A DNA stretch of 64,000 nt from an uncultured Lachnospiraceae bacterium. Lineage in GTDB: Bacteria > Bacillota > Clostridia > Lachnospirales > Lachnospiraceae. The DNA lies in NCBI GenBank assembly GCA_910587635.1, contig CAJUNB010000027.1, positions 36,677 through 100,676 on the forward strand. The letters are read 5' to 3'. A model generated the notes under the pieces. That model saw only the letters and a program-made list of their open reading frames with translations, was not told the origin of the DNA and did no database searches. The position numbers and the translations under genes are program-made. Numbering within the stretch: position 1 is the stretch's first letter; each line of letters begins with the position of its first letter. Below, piece after piece: positions 1-8,675 of the stretch.

Positions 1-234
1 CTCTGCCTGCGAACTATCACGTTCCAAATCCTCTGTTACCCCTGCATTTTCCTTATCCTGTGAATCCCCCATGTCAGTCTCACTTTCCCCGTCCTGTGAA
101 TCTTCCGCCTCCGCTTCACTTTCCGTTTCCTGCAAATCCTGCATTTCTGCTTCGTCTCCGCAGGCGCACAGAGCAAGGCTCATCATGCATGTCATTCCCA
201 ACAACAAAATTATTTTCCTCATACTGTTTCTCAT
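1..234 (-). CDS. Putative secreted lipoprotein, N-terminal part only (gene runs off the left edge)
   Basis: Reverse-strand reading from the ATG at 234 (GGAGGAG about 7 nt upstream) gives MRNSMRKIILLLGMTCMMSLALCACGDE..., a signal peptide with a lipobox-like LCAC followed by an acidic tract. The frame stays open to position 1. It is absent from the ORF track because it has no in-window stop. Confidence 0.6.
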   Translation of the reverse strand, partial: MRNSMRKIILLLGMTCMMSLALCACGDEAEMQDLQETESEAEAEDSQDGESETDMGDSQDKENAGVTEDLERDSSQAE

Positions 235-626
235 TTTCTTCTCCTCCTGTAGAAAACTTTAACCGGCAAGTTGATCTGCCCGGCCTTCTGATAGATTCTA
301 CCAAGTCTATCTCTAAGAAACTTGTAAATTTTCTTAAGAAAAGAAGAAAAAATAATGTCTCTTACCCTGTCATAAACGCCTGACTGACTGCTAATATATA
401 GGTAGTTAAAGCAGATACAGAATACCCATACCAACTTTTGTATAGTTAATTTCCGTTCAAAATTATCTTATAAATTTTATATTTTTTTAATAACTTATGA
501 ATTACTTTATCATAAAAAGGCGTTTTGCAACAAATTTTGCGTTTTCGGCGTTATGCAAAAATTGGCTATAAGGATACTAACGGTCAGAATCCCGTCTTCA
601 AATTTCATCCCTTCAAAGCCATTCTT

Positions 627-1043
627 TCACTCCGGCGTACACCCTCCGCAGTACCCATAGACTTCCACTCTGTGTCCTGTAATCCGAAACGACTCTTCCG
701 TCTCCGGCATGTACATCTGCTGAAAAGGGCATTCTTTGAGCGGTATCCGCTTATGGCATTTCAGGCAGATCGCATAGTGCCTGTGGCAGTCCTCATTCCA
801 TTCATAATACGCCATGTCCGAGCCCGACAGGCTCATCTTACTGACAAAATGGGCGGCCTCAAACGCCTGCAAAATACGGTACACCGTAGATATGGCATAG
901 CTGCATGTCCCACTGCGCACCAGAAGCTCCTGGTAAATATCCGCTGCGCTCATCGGTCCTGCCGAACTACTCAAAATCCGAAAGACCTGCTCTCTCTGTT
1001 TTGTTTTTTTCAATTTTTTCCAAATGTTACTTTGTTCTTCCAT
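627..1043 (-). CDS. Fur-family metalloregulator (Fur/Zur/PerR type not resolved)
   Basis: 138 aa. N-terminal winged-helix-like segment (REQVFRILSSSAGPMSAADIY), HRHYAICLKCHK and C-terminal GYCGGC, i.e. two CxxC pairs typical of the Fur-family structural Zn site. Confidence 0.85.
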   Translation of the reverse strand: MEEQSNIWKKLKKTKQREQVFRILSSSAGPMSAADIYQELLVRSGTCSYAISTVYRILQAFEAAHFVSKMSLSGSDMAYYEWNEDCHRHYAICLKCHKRIPLKECPFQQMYMPETEESFRITGHRVEVYGYCGGCTPE

Positions 1044-1096
1044 CCCTTAATTTTCCCATTTCAATATCTGACTCTCGCCCCATTACGCTTCTTTCT

Positions 1097-2020
1097 TTAC
1101 ACCCCGGAAATCGTTGTATTGACCAAAATCCCACAGGCCGTTCCTATCACATACAAAAGAGCTGTAACGGCGACGTTTTCTTTCCAGCTACGATTGACCC
1201 GGTACAATACAAGCAGCCCGACGCCGGAGCCAGTCAGCAATCCGCTGAGCATGGCGCCAAAACTCAGTACGCCTTCCAAATAGAGCTGCGTAATCATAAC
1301 CGATGAAGCGCAGTTGGGAATCAGTCCGATCAATCCCGCTGTCAGCTCCCCTAAAATACCATACTTCAGAAACAGATTAGACAGCGCCTCTTCTCCTATA
1401 TAAAACAACGCCGTATTAAAACAAAATGTCACAAGAAAGAGAAAGAATGTCACTTGCAGTGTATGCTGCAGCGCCGCTCTCCAAATGGGAACCTCTGGAT
1501 GGCCGCTTCTGCTATGTGTACCGTCGTCCGCTCTCATACAACAGCCATGACAACGTCTGTAAACCGCTCCCTTTCCTGTCTTTTCGGATATCTTTCCTGC
1601 TTTTTCTACCTTTAAACCTTTACCAGCCCTTTTCCCGGCCCAGATATCTATCGCAAGACCAGCCAAAAAGCCTATCGACACTTTACATAGTAATATCCGG
1701 GCAATCAATCCCGTAGGCGCTCCCTGGGATATCATAATCGGCAGCATCTCATCGGAAGTAGATAAATAAATAGCGAGCAATGTTCCCAATGTAATGACTC
1801 TGCCTGCGTATAATCCGCTTCCTGCGGCAGAGAATCCACACTGGGGGAACGCTCCCAGCACCGCACCAAGGAGCGGCCCGAACCGGCCCGATCTTTCTAT
1901 GGCCTGTCTTGTCATGTCTTCCGTTTTGTGTTCCAGCCACTCCATCAGCAGATAAGTCAACAATAAAAAAGGGAGCAGCTTCACACTGTCCACTATCGTT
2001 TCTATTACAATTTCTTTCAT
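1097..2020 (-). CDS. Polytopic membrane protein, putative 10-TM metal permease (ArsP_2/PF11449-like)
   Basis: Multi-TM ORF. The N-terminus MKEIVIETIVDSVKLLPFLLLTYLLMEWLEH resembles this family. I chose the ATG at 2020 (AAGGA 7 nt upstream); ATGs at 2047 and 2092 are in frame. Likely co-transcribed with the downstream Fur-family gene. Confidence 0.65.
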   Translation of the reverse strand: MKEIVIETIVDSVKLLPFLLLTYLLMEWLEHKTEDMTRQAIERSGRFGPLLGAVLGAFPQCGFSAAGSGLYAGRVITLGTLLAIYLSTSDEMLPIMISQGAPTGLIARILLCKVSIGFLAGLAIDIWAGKRAGKGLKVEKAGKISEKTGKGAVYRRCHGCCMRADDGTHSRSGHPEVPIWRAALQHTLQVTFFLFLVTFCFNTALFYIGEEALSNLFLKYGILGELTAGLIGLIPNCASSVMITQLYLEGVLSFGAMLSGLLTGSGVGLLVLYRVNRSWKENVAVTALLYVIGTACGILVNTTISGV

Positions 2021-2078
2021 ATTTCCATCCTTTTCATCCGTTGGCATCTGCACGCTTCCTTCTACATGACGTTTCTGT

Positions 2079-2105
2079 AAATGCAAATGCAATTCATTTG
2101 CATTT
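2079..2105. promoter_or_regulatory. Inverted repeat AAATGCAAAT-gcaattc-ATTTGCATTT, candidate Fur-family operator
   Basis: Perfect 10-bp arms read directly from the sequence. It lies just downstream of a predicted -10 element and about 60 nt upstream of the permease start. Confidence 0.45.
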
Positions 2106-2106
2106 T

Positions 2107-2135
2107 AATATAGCACAGAACAGATCGGATGGCAA
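2107..2135 (-). promoter_or_regulatory. Sigma-70-type promoter for the permease/Fur operon
   Basis: On the reverse strand: TTGCCA (2135-2130), 17-nt spacer, TATATT (2112-2107) preceded by TGC (extended -10). Confidence 0.45.
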
Positions 2136-2215
2136 GGATTTAAAAAGGAGCATATCACAATTTTGCGACAGCCCCTTTTTCGCTTTTATTTATTAGGAAG
2201 ATAAAGTCCAAATCC

Positions 2216-3007
2216 CTATAAAATAACCTTTTTCGGACATTTCTCCTTACAAATACCACAGCCCGTACATTTCTCGTAATCTATCCTGGCATGGAAGTCC
2301 TCTATTACAATCGCATCGCTAGGACAGTTCTTTTTACAGAGCTGGCAGGCGATACATCCCGTCTGACATGCCTTTATTGTAACAGGCCCCTTGTCCTTGG
2401 AACTGCAGGCTACCTGGTGCTTTGCCTCATAGGGAATCAGTTCAATCAGATGCTTCGGACAGGCCTCAACACATTTTCCACAGGCTTTACATGCCTCTTT
2501 ATCCACAACCGCCACGCCGTCCACCACATGAATGGCATCAAAAGGACAGGCCCGTACACAACTTCCGTATCCCGCGCAGCCATAGCTACAGCTCTTTGGT
2601 CCCCCTGCCGGTACAAAAGAAACCATACGGCAGTCCTGACTTCCATGGTATTCATAATCTACATTTGCCTTTTCACAAGTCCCGATACATTTGACAAAAG
2701 CTACTTTTCGTCCTCCCGATTCTGCCTCCACACCCATGATCTCTGCAATCTTCTGTCCTACCTTCTCGCCTCCTACCGGACAGGCATTGACCGGCGCCTC
2801 TCCTTTGGCAATAGCCGCCGCCAGGCCGGAACAGCCTGCATAGCCGCAGCCGCCACAGTTGTTGCCCGGAAGCACCCCCAGTACAGCTTCTTCTTTTTCA
2901 TCTGTCTTTACTTCAAATTTGATCGCCGCAATGCCAAGGAAGAGGCCGATAAACAGGCCAACGAGCCCTACCACTGCCGTCGCTGTTAAAATCCCTGTAA
3001 TACTCAT
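2216..3007 (-). CDS. rnfB: Rnf complex subunit B (polyferredoxin)
   Basis: N-terminal TM helix, CGGCGYAGC motif and several CxxCxxCxxxCP ferredoxin motifs. Last gene of the rnfCDGEAB order. Confidence 0.9.
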   Translation of the reverse strand: MSITGILTATAVVGLVGLFIGLFLGIAAIKFEVKTDEKEEAVLGVLPGNNCGGCGYAGCSGLAAAIAKGEAPVNACPVGGEKVGQKIAEIMGVEAESGGRKVAFVKCIGTCEKANVDYEYHGSQDCRMVSFVPAGGPKSCSYGCAGYGSCVRACPFDAIHVVDGVAVVDKEACKACGKCVEACPKHLIELIPYEAKHQVACSSKDKGPVTIKACQTGCIACQLCKKNCPSDAIVIEDFHARIDYEKCTGCGICKEKCPKKVIL

Positions 3008-3010
3008 CTC

Positions 3011-3604
3011 CTACCCCCTCAACAATCCTGCAAATCCGCAAAATGCAATGGCCATCAGTCCCGCCGTCACAAGTACGATGGGCATTCCCCGGAAAGACTG
3101 GGGCACATCATTATGTTCCATCTTTTCCCGGATACCGGCCAAAATAACGATAGCTATCGTAAACCCTACCGCCGTTGCGAAACCGTTCACGATGCCGGCC
3201 AATATTCCATATTCCTTCTGCACGTTCGTCAGCGCCACCCCAAGTACGGCACAGTTTGTCGTAATCAGAGGCAGATATACGCCCAACGCCACATACAGAC
3301 CAGGCATAAATTTTTTCAGCACCATCTCTACAAACTGAACAAGGGCCGCAATAACAAGAATAAATACGATCGTCCGCAAATAAGTGATATCCAGCGGCAT
3401 AAGGATAAATTTATAGATGAGACCCGCCACCGCAGACGCCAGTGTAATGACAAAGATAACGGCGCTTCCCATTCCGGCCGCTGTCTCTATCTTCTTTGAT
3501 ACGCCGAGGAACGGGCACAGCCCCAGGAACTGACTGAGCACCACATTGCTCACCAGGCTGGAACCGATCAGGATAATCAATAGTTCTTTCCATGTGGATG
3601 TCAT
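3011..3604 (-). CDS. rnfA: Rnf complex subunit A
   Basis: 197-aa six-TM protein with RnfA/NqrE-like sequence, positioned between rnfE and rnfB. Confidence 0.9.
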   Translation of the reverse strand: MTSTWKELLIILIGSSLVSNVVLSQFLGLCPFLGVSKKIETAAGMGSAVIFVITLASAVAGLIYKFILMPLDITYLRTIVFILVIAALVQFVEMVLKKFMPGLYVALGVYLPLITTNCAVLGVALTNVQKEYGILAGIVNGFATAVGFTIAIVILAGIREKMEHNDVPQSFRGMPIVLVTAGLMAIAFCGFAGLLRG

Positions 3605-3605
3605 C

Positions 3606-4355
3606 CTACTTTACCTCCTCTTCTGTGTGGCTTTCCTTTTCAGTGACCTCCGGTTCTCCGGTTCCATAGAACCGTTTGGAACAGCCGCTGTCGCTGCAGT
3701 TCATACAGTCAGAATTACAGCCTGATTGGATTTTGGACATATCTTTGCCCTTCTTTTCTCCGATGATTTTTACTTTATTTTGAATTGCCGTCAGACAGGC
3801 CAATACAAAAAATGCGCCCGGAGCCATAACAAAAATACTAAATGGCACGTAAGATGCCGGCATGAAATGGAAACCGAACACTTCTCCGGCGCCCAATATT
3901 TCCCTCACTGCTCCGATCACTGTCAACGCTGCGGAAAAACCAAGTCCCATACCAATACCGTCAAACAGAGAAGGCAGCACGGCATTTTTAGAAGCATAGG
4001 ACTCCGCCCTCCCCAAAATAATACAGTTCACTACGATCAATGGAATATAAATACCAAGAGCGCTGTACAGAAACGGAAGATATGCCTGTAGCACCATCTC
4101 CACTACCGTTACAAAAGAAGCGATGATAACGATAAAAGCCGGAATCCTCACTTTGTCGGGAATGATATTCCGAAGAAGCGAAATAATCGCATTGCTCAGC
4201 GCCAACACCACTGTAGTCGTCAGTCCCATACCAAGCCCATTCATGGCGGAAGTCGTGACCGCCAGTGTAGGGCACATACCGAGCATCAGTACGAGAGTTG
4301 GATTTTCTTTGACGATACCATTATAAAGTCTTTCCCCTGCGGAATTACTGTTCAC
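3606..4355 (-). CDS. rnfE: Rnf complex subunit E, with an extra Cys-rich C-terminal tail
   Basis: RnfE/NqrD-like polytopic core (NPTLVLMLGMCPTLAVT...) plus a tail of about 50 aa containing CNSDCMNCSDSGC. Confidence 0.88.
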   Translation of the reverse strand: MNSNSAGERLYNGIVKENPTLVLMLGMCPTLAVTTSAMNGLGMGLTTTVVLALSNAIISLLRNIIPDKVRIPAFIVIIASFVTVVEMVLQAYLPFLYSALGIYIPLIVVNCIILGRAESYASKNAVLPSLFDGIGMGLGFSAALTVIGAVREILGAGEVFGFHFMPASYVPFSIFVMAPGAFFVLACLTAIQNKVKIIGEKKGKDMSKIQSGCNSDCMNCSDSGCSKRFYGTGEPEVTEKESHTEEEVK

Positions 4356-4959
4356 CTCTCATTCCTCCTTCCAAACCATTCTGGAAATAACTAAGTCCTG
4401 CATTTACGCCGCTTACGACGGCATTGGTAGTAATCGTCGCCCCGCTAATGGCATCGATCTGGTCCTCCGATACCGCTCCTGTCTTTGTATAAGTAAATGC
4501 AGCGGCATGCTTCTCTGTAAACTGAGGCTTCAATACTTCTTCCGCCCGCATACCCAGGCCCGGCGTCTCCGAAATGGATAACAGGGAAATACCGTTCACG
4601 GTTCCATCCATACGAACCCCCATGGAAAACTGAATATCCCCGCCGTAACCGTCATGGGAAGTGATAATCATCACATAGCCCAGCACTGTCCCCGAAGCAT
4701 CTTTTGCTTCCATCGCCTCGTTGACGGAGGCCTTATCATAGCCGTTTGCCGCCAGTACCACAGCCGCCTCTTCTTCGCTGATATCCAGATTCACAAATTC
4801 CTGGGCATCTCCGAATACTTCCTGGCAGGCTTCTCTCTTGGCCTTCTCATTTTGCTCGGCGATGGGCTCTTTTGTCATATCATAAATAAATCCAAGAATC
4901 GCCCCTGCGATCACTGTGATGGCAAAAAGGATGGCTGCTTCTTTTAACATATTTTTCAT
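4345..4959 (-). CDS. rnfG: Rnf complex subunit G (FMN-binding)
   Basis: N-terminal TM helix and FMN_bind motif SGATITTNAV. Overlaps rnfE and rnfD as in operons. Confidence 0.9.
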   Translation of the reverse strand: MKNMLKEAAILFAITVIAGAILGFIYDMTKEPIAEQNEKAKREACQEVFGDAQEFVNLDISEEEAAVVLAANGYDKASVNEAMEAKDASGTVLGYVMIITSHDGYGGDIQFSMGVRMDGTVNGISLLSISETPGLGMRAEEVLKPQFTEKHAAAFTYTKTGAVSEDQIDAISGATITTNAVVSGVNAGLSYFQNGLEGGMRGEQ

Positions 4960-5888
4960 ACCCTTTCGCCTCCTTTACCAAACGCTTTTGGAAGTGTTAC
5001 TTTTTCAATCAAAGGCACCAGCAGGTTTCCGATGATAATCGCATAAGATACACCCTCGGCTCCCGGGCCAAACAGACGGAAAATACCTGTCATAATGCCC
5101 AGAAAGATTCCAAACAGATATTGCCCCCACTTCGTAATCGGCCTGGTCACATAATCCGTCGCCATAAAGAATGCTCCCAGCATCAGACCGCCTCCGGCCA
5201 GCTGTGCAGAAATATAAGCGCTGTCAAAGCCCCGGCCACTGAACAGTACGATAAAAATTACAAAGCTCACAATATAGGTTCCCGGAATCCGCAGATCGAT
5301 GATATCCAGCATAATCAGAATGCAGGCGCCCAATACAATAGCTATCATGGAAGTCTCTCCGATCGTTCCGCCGGTATGTCCTAAAATCATATCCATTACA
5401 TTGACGCTCTCACCGGCTTTCAGCGCCGTAAGAGGTGTGGCTCCCGTATAGGCGTCACAGTCAAAATTCGTCATAATGGAGGCAAAAGAAATCAGAAGAA
5501 AACATCTGGCGCCCAATGCAGGATTCATAAAGTTCTGTCCCAGGCCGCCAAAGAGCATCTTCACCACGAGAATCGCAAAAATGCCCCCCACAACACCAAT
5601 CCAGAGAGGCGCTCCCGGTGGAAGGTTCAGAGCCAGCAAAAGACCCGTCACCGTAGCTGAAAGATCTCCTACCGTAATCGTCTTTTTCATCAACAGTTCA
5701 TATATGTACTCTGTCAGCACAGTGGATGCCACTGTTACCAGAATTAAAATCAGTGCATGCAGTCCGAAATTATAGACCCCAAAAAAAGTGGCGGGAAGCA
5801 GGGCAAGCACCACGGCTCCCATAATACTTCCGGTAGTCGCCTTGGAGCGGATATGCGGATTGGATGACACTTTCATCAAATCACTCAT
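4956..5888 (-). CDS. rnfD: Rnf complex subunit D
   Basis: 310-aa polytopic protein with the covalent-FMN motif region TGATPLT and NqrB/RnfD-like sequence. Confidence 0.9.
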   Translation of the reverse strand: MSDLMKVSSNPHIRSKATTGSIMGAVVLALLPATFFGVYNFGLHALILILVTVASTVLTEYIYELLMKKTITVGDLSATVTGLLLALNLPPGAPLWIGVVGGIFAILVVKMLFGGLGQNFMNPALGARCFLLISFASIMTNFDCDAYTGATPLTALKAGESVNVMDMILGHTGGTIGETSMIAIVLGACILIMLDIIDLRIPGTYIVSFVIFIVLFSGRGFDSAYISAQLAGGGLMLGAFFMATDYVTRPITKWGQYLFGIFLGIMTGIFRLFGPGAEGVSYAIIIGNLLVPLIEKVTLPKAFGKGGERV

Positions 5889-5903
5889 TACAGTCAGTAC
5901 CTC

Positions 5904-7220
5904 CTATTTCTTCTTTTTCGCCAGCTGTATTTTACGCATGGACTTAATTTCCTGGGTCAAGGGCCGCTTCGCCGGACACACATAGCTGCAACAGCCGCAC
6001 TCACAGCATTCCATACCGTTGTATGCAAGGAACTTTTCGTCATCTCCCTGTTCCGCAAAATCTGCCAGCTTACTGGGAAGCACCCGTCCCGGACATACTT
6101 CCACACATCTGCCGCAATTGATGCAGGCACTCGGCTCATACCTGGATACTTCATCTTCCGTCATACACAACAATGCGGAAGACGTCTTCGTCGTAGGCAC
6201 ATCCAGACCAAATAAGGCAAAGCCCATCATCGGACCACCGGATACGATTTTCGCAGGCTCCGTCTTAAATCCCCCCGCTTCCTCAACCAGTTCATGATAA
6301 TTCGTCCCGATACGGACGATAAAATTGCGAGGATCCGTCACTGCATCTCCCGTCACAGTGACAATACGGTGCATCAGAGGTTTCCCCTCTCTGACAGCCT
6401 GATTGATTGCCACAATGGTATCCACATTATCCACGATGCATCCCGCATCGGCAGGAAGCATACCGGAATTGATCGCACGTCCTGTAGATGCATAAATCAG
6501 CTGCCTCTCTGCGCCCTGAGGATACTTTGTCTTCAATGCCTTTACCGTAATATCCTTTTCATCTGCTGTCAGTTTTTTCAGTGCAGCAACACAGTCCGGC
6601 TTGTTATCCTCTACAGCCAAAATTCCTTTCGCCTTATCAAAGAGCCGCAGAATGACTTTCATGCCCTCCACGATCTTTTCTGGCTCCTCTATCATCCTCC
6701 GATAATCTGATGTCAGATAAGGCTCACATTCCGCACAATTTGCAATTACATATTCTATCTTTTCAGGCTCCTTTGGAGAGAGCTTGACATGCGTCGGGAA
6801 GCCTGCGCCTCCCATACCGACTACTCCCGCTTCCCGAATCAGCCCGATGATCTCTTCCTTCGTCAGCTCTTCCAGTGGTTTCACCGGTCCATATGTCACT
6901 TCTTCATATAAATTATCATTTTCCAGGACAATACTCGTAACCACATCTCCGGTGACAATCCGCCTCGGTTCTATCGCCTTAACCGTTCCGGAGACTGTGG
7001 CATAAATCGGCGCCGATACAAATCCTCCCGCTTCTGCAATTTTCTGCCCCGTTAGAACACGATCACCTTTTGCCACTATGGGCACCGCAGGCGCTCCAAT
7101 ATGCTGTGACATTGGATATACTAGCTCCCCCTTCGGCAATATGGCTTTGATTGGTTTATCTTTGGACAGCTCTTTTCCATCATACGGATGAATCCCACCC
7201 GTAAACGTCAATTTCGCCAT
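5904..7220 (-). CDS. rnfC: Rnf complex subunit C
   Basis: 438 aa. Glycine-rich NADH/FMN region GMGGAGFPT and two C-terminal 4Fe-4S motifs (CINCGRCVEVCP, CCECGCCSYVCP). Confidence 0.92.
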   Translation of the reverse strand: MAKLTFTGGIHPYDGKELSKDKPIKAILPKGELVYPMSQHIGAPAVPIVAKGDRVLTGQKIAEAGGFVSAPIYATVSGTVKAIEPRRIVTGDVVTSIVLENDNLYEEVTYGPVKPLEELTKEEIIGLIREAGVVGMGGAGFPTHVKLSPKEPEKIEYVIANCAECEPYLTSDYRRMIEEPEKIVEGMKVILRLFDKAKGILAVEDNKPDCVAALKKLTADEKDITVKALKTKYPQGAERQLIYASTGRAINSGMLPADAGCIVDNVDTIVAINQAVREGKPLMHRIVTVTGDAVTDPRNFIVRIGTNYHELVEEAGGFKTEPAKIVSGGPMMGFALFGLDVPTTKTSSALLCMTEDEVSRYEPSACINCGRCVEVCPGRVLPSKLADFAEQGDDEKFLAYNGMECCECGCCSYVCPAKRPLTQEIKSMRKIQLAKKKK

Positions 7221-7354
7221 TTTCTACCCTTCTTTCTTTCTCTTTTGCTGCCCTCAGTGAACAGGGGAATATACGCTTTTGCCCACTGAGAGTACATTAT
7301 CCTCTTCCAATCATACTATTTTTTCTACAAAAATACTACTATAAATTTCAGATT

Positions 7355-7373
7355 CATGTTACAATGTAACATG
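7355..7373. repeat. Perfect 19-bp palindrome CATGTTACA-A-TGTAACATG
   Basis: Read directly. Located in the rnfC / RNase H-like divergent intergenic region. Confidence 0.7.
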
Positions 7374-7380
7374 TCAGAAA

Positions 7381-7415
7381 GAAATCAAGCGCGAGCTTTG
7401 CGAGCATTTGATTTC
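7381..7415 (+). repeat. Hairpin-forming repeat, copy 1 (GAAATCAAGCGCGAGCTTTGCGAGCATTTGATTTC)
   Basis: Arms GAAATCAA/TTGATTTC. Embedded in a longer imperfect palindrome ACATGTCAGAAAGAAATCAA...TTGATTTCTCTGACATGT spanning 7369-7424. Confidence 0.7.
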
Positions 7416-7508
7416 TCTGACATGTTTGCGACAAAATCTTTTAGCTGCCTCTGGCAGCGCCAGATGGGCGCAGCACAGCTGGATTTTGGAGCTTATATTT
7501 ACCAGAGG

Positions 7509-7541
7509 AAATCATGCGAGCTTTGCGAGCATTTGATTTCC
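7509..7541 (+). repeat. Hairpin-forming repeat, copy 2 (GAAATCATGCGAGCTTTGCGAGCATTTGATTTC)
   Basis: Near-identical to copy 1 and about 128 nt downstream. Ends about 20 nt before the RBS and ATG at 7563. Confidence 0.7.
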
Positions 7542-7562
7542 ACTATATACCAGGAGGCCTCT

Positions 7563-8666
7563 ATGCGTACTATCCGTAGAATACTTGCAGATATCGATCT
7601 TACCTATCCTCTTGAAAAAGAAGTGCCTTTATCCAAAGCTCTTTTTATCGATATCGAAACCACCGGTTTTGCAGCTAAAAATTCTATACTTTATTTGATA
7701 GGCTGTGCCTATCATGAAAATGAAAAGTGGCGTACAATCCAGTGGTTTGCGACTTCTTATGAAGATGAAAGGCAGATCGTTGAGACCTTTTTTCAATTTG
7801 CTTCAAATTATACGCATTTAATCCATTTCAATGGCAACAATTTTGACCTTCCGTTTATTTTACAAAAATGTGTCCAATATGGACTTCCCTATGATTTTTC
7901 AGCTTTTAAAGGCATTGATATCTACAGACGTATTTCTCCTCTTAAAAACTTTTTAAAATTGTCCAACTGCAAGCAAAAGACGCTGGAACAGTTTCTGGGG
8001 ATTGTCCGGGAAGATCTTTTCGACGGGGGACAATTGATCGACATCTATCATAATTTTATAAAAAACGGAATGACGCAGGATCTCGATACCATCTTATGCC
8101 ACAATACGGATGATCTTACAGGTATGTTCCATATCCTTCCGATTCTCGCCTATAGTAATATCTTCTCTGATGAGACAAAAGTAAAAAAGGTGCAGGCGAA
8201 CTACTACCGTGACATAAATGGCAGACAAAAGCAGGAACTCTTTATGAAGCTCAGTTTGCCCACTCCTCTTCCAAAAGAAATATCCTGCAATGCCAATTTC
8301 TGTTACTTCATCGGAAAGGAATCGACAGGGGCTCTGAAAGTTCCTCTTTACGAGGAAGAATTGAAATATTTTTATTCCAACTATAAAGACTATTATTATC
8401 TTCCTATAGAAGACGTGGCCATTCACAAATCCATCGCCTCTTTTGTAGACAAAGAAAACCGCATACAGGCAAAAGCCCAAAACTGTTATACGAGAAAACT
8501 ATCCACATACCTTCCCCAATGGGACGTTCTGTTTGAACCTTTTTTCAAACGGGAATACAGAGCTTCCGAACTGTTTTTTGAAGTTACCGATTCCCTGAAA
8601 AAAGATCGGAAAGCATTTCAGCTCTATGCATTGCACACATTAAAAATGATACTGGAACATCAATAA
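7563..8666 (+). CDS. RNase H-like (YprB-type) exonuclease-fold protein
   Basis: The ATG at 7563 is preceded by CAGGAGG. The LFIDIETTGF motif is typical of DEDD/RNase H-like domains. The annotated ORF start at 7356 runs through the hairpin repeats and is unlikely to be coding. Confidence 0.7.
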   Translation: MRTIRRILADIDLTYPLEKEVPLSKALFIDIETTGFAAKNSILYLIGCAYHENEKWRTIQWFATSYEDERQIVETFFQFASNYTHLIHFNGNNFDLPFILQKCVQYGLPYDFSAFKGIDIYRRISPLKNFLKLSNCKQKTLEQFLGIVREDLFDGGQLIDIYHNFIKNGMTQDLDTILCHNTDDLTGMFHILPILAYSNIFSDETKVKKVQANYYRDINGRQKQELFMKLSLPTPLPKEISCNANFCYFIGKESTGALKVPLYEEELKYFYSNYKDYYYLPIEDVAIHKSIASFVDKENRIQAKAQNCYTRKLSTYLPQWDVLFEPFFKREYRASELFFEVTDSLKKDRKAFQLYALHTLKMILEHQ

Positions 8667-8675
8667 TTTTATAAG

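Noticed and set aside
525-1283. A 252-aa plus-strand ORF spanning the Fur-family and permease genes.
   Set aside because: It is antisense to two independently well-supported genes and crosses their intergenic gap. The translation is low-complexity.
7356-7562. N-terminal 68-codon extension of the RNase H-like ORF as given in the ORF track.
   Set aside because: The extension consists of palindromes and hairpin repeats. A good CAGGAGG RBS precedes the internal ATG at 7563, and the conserved domain begins right after it.
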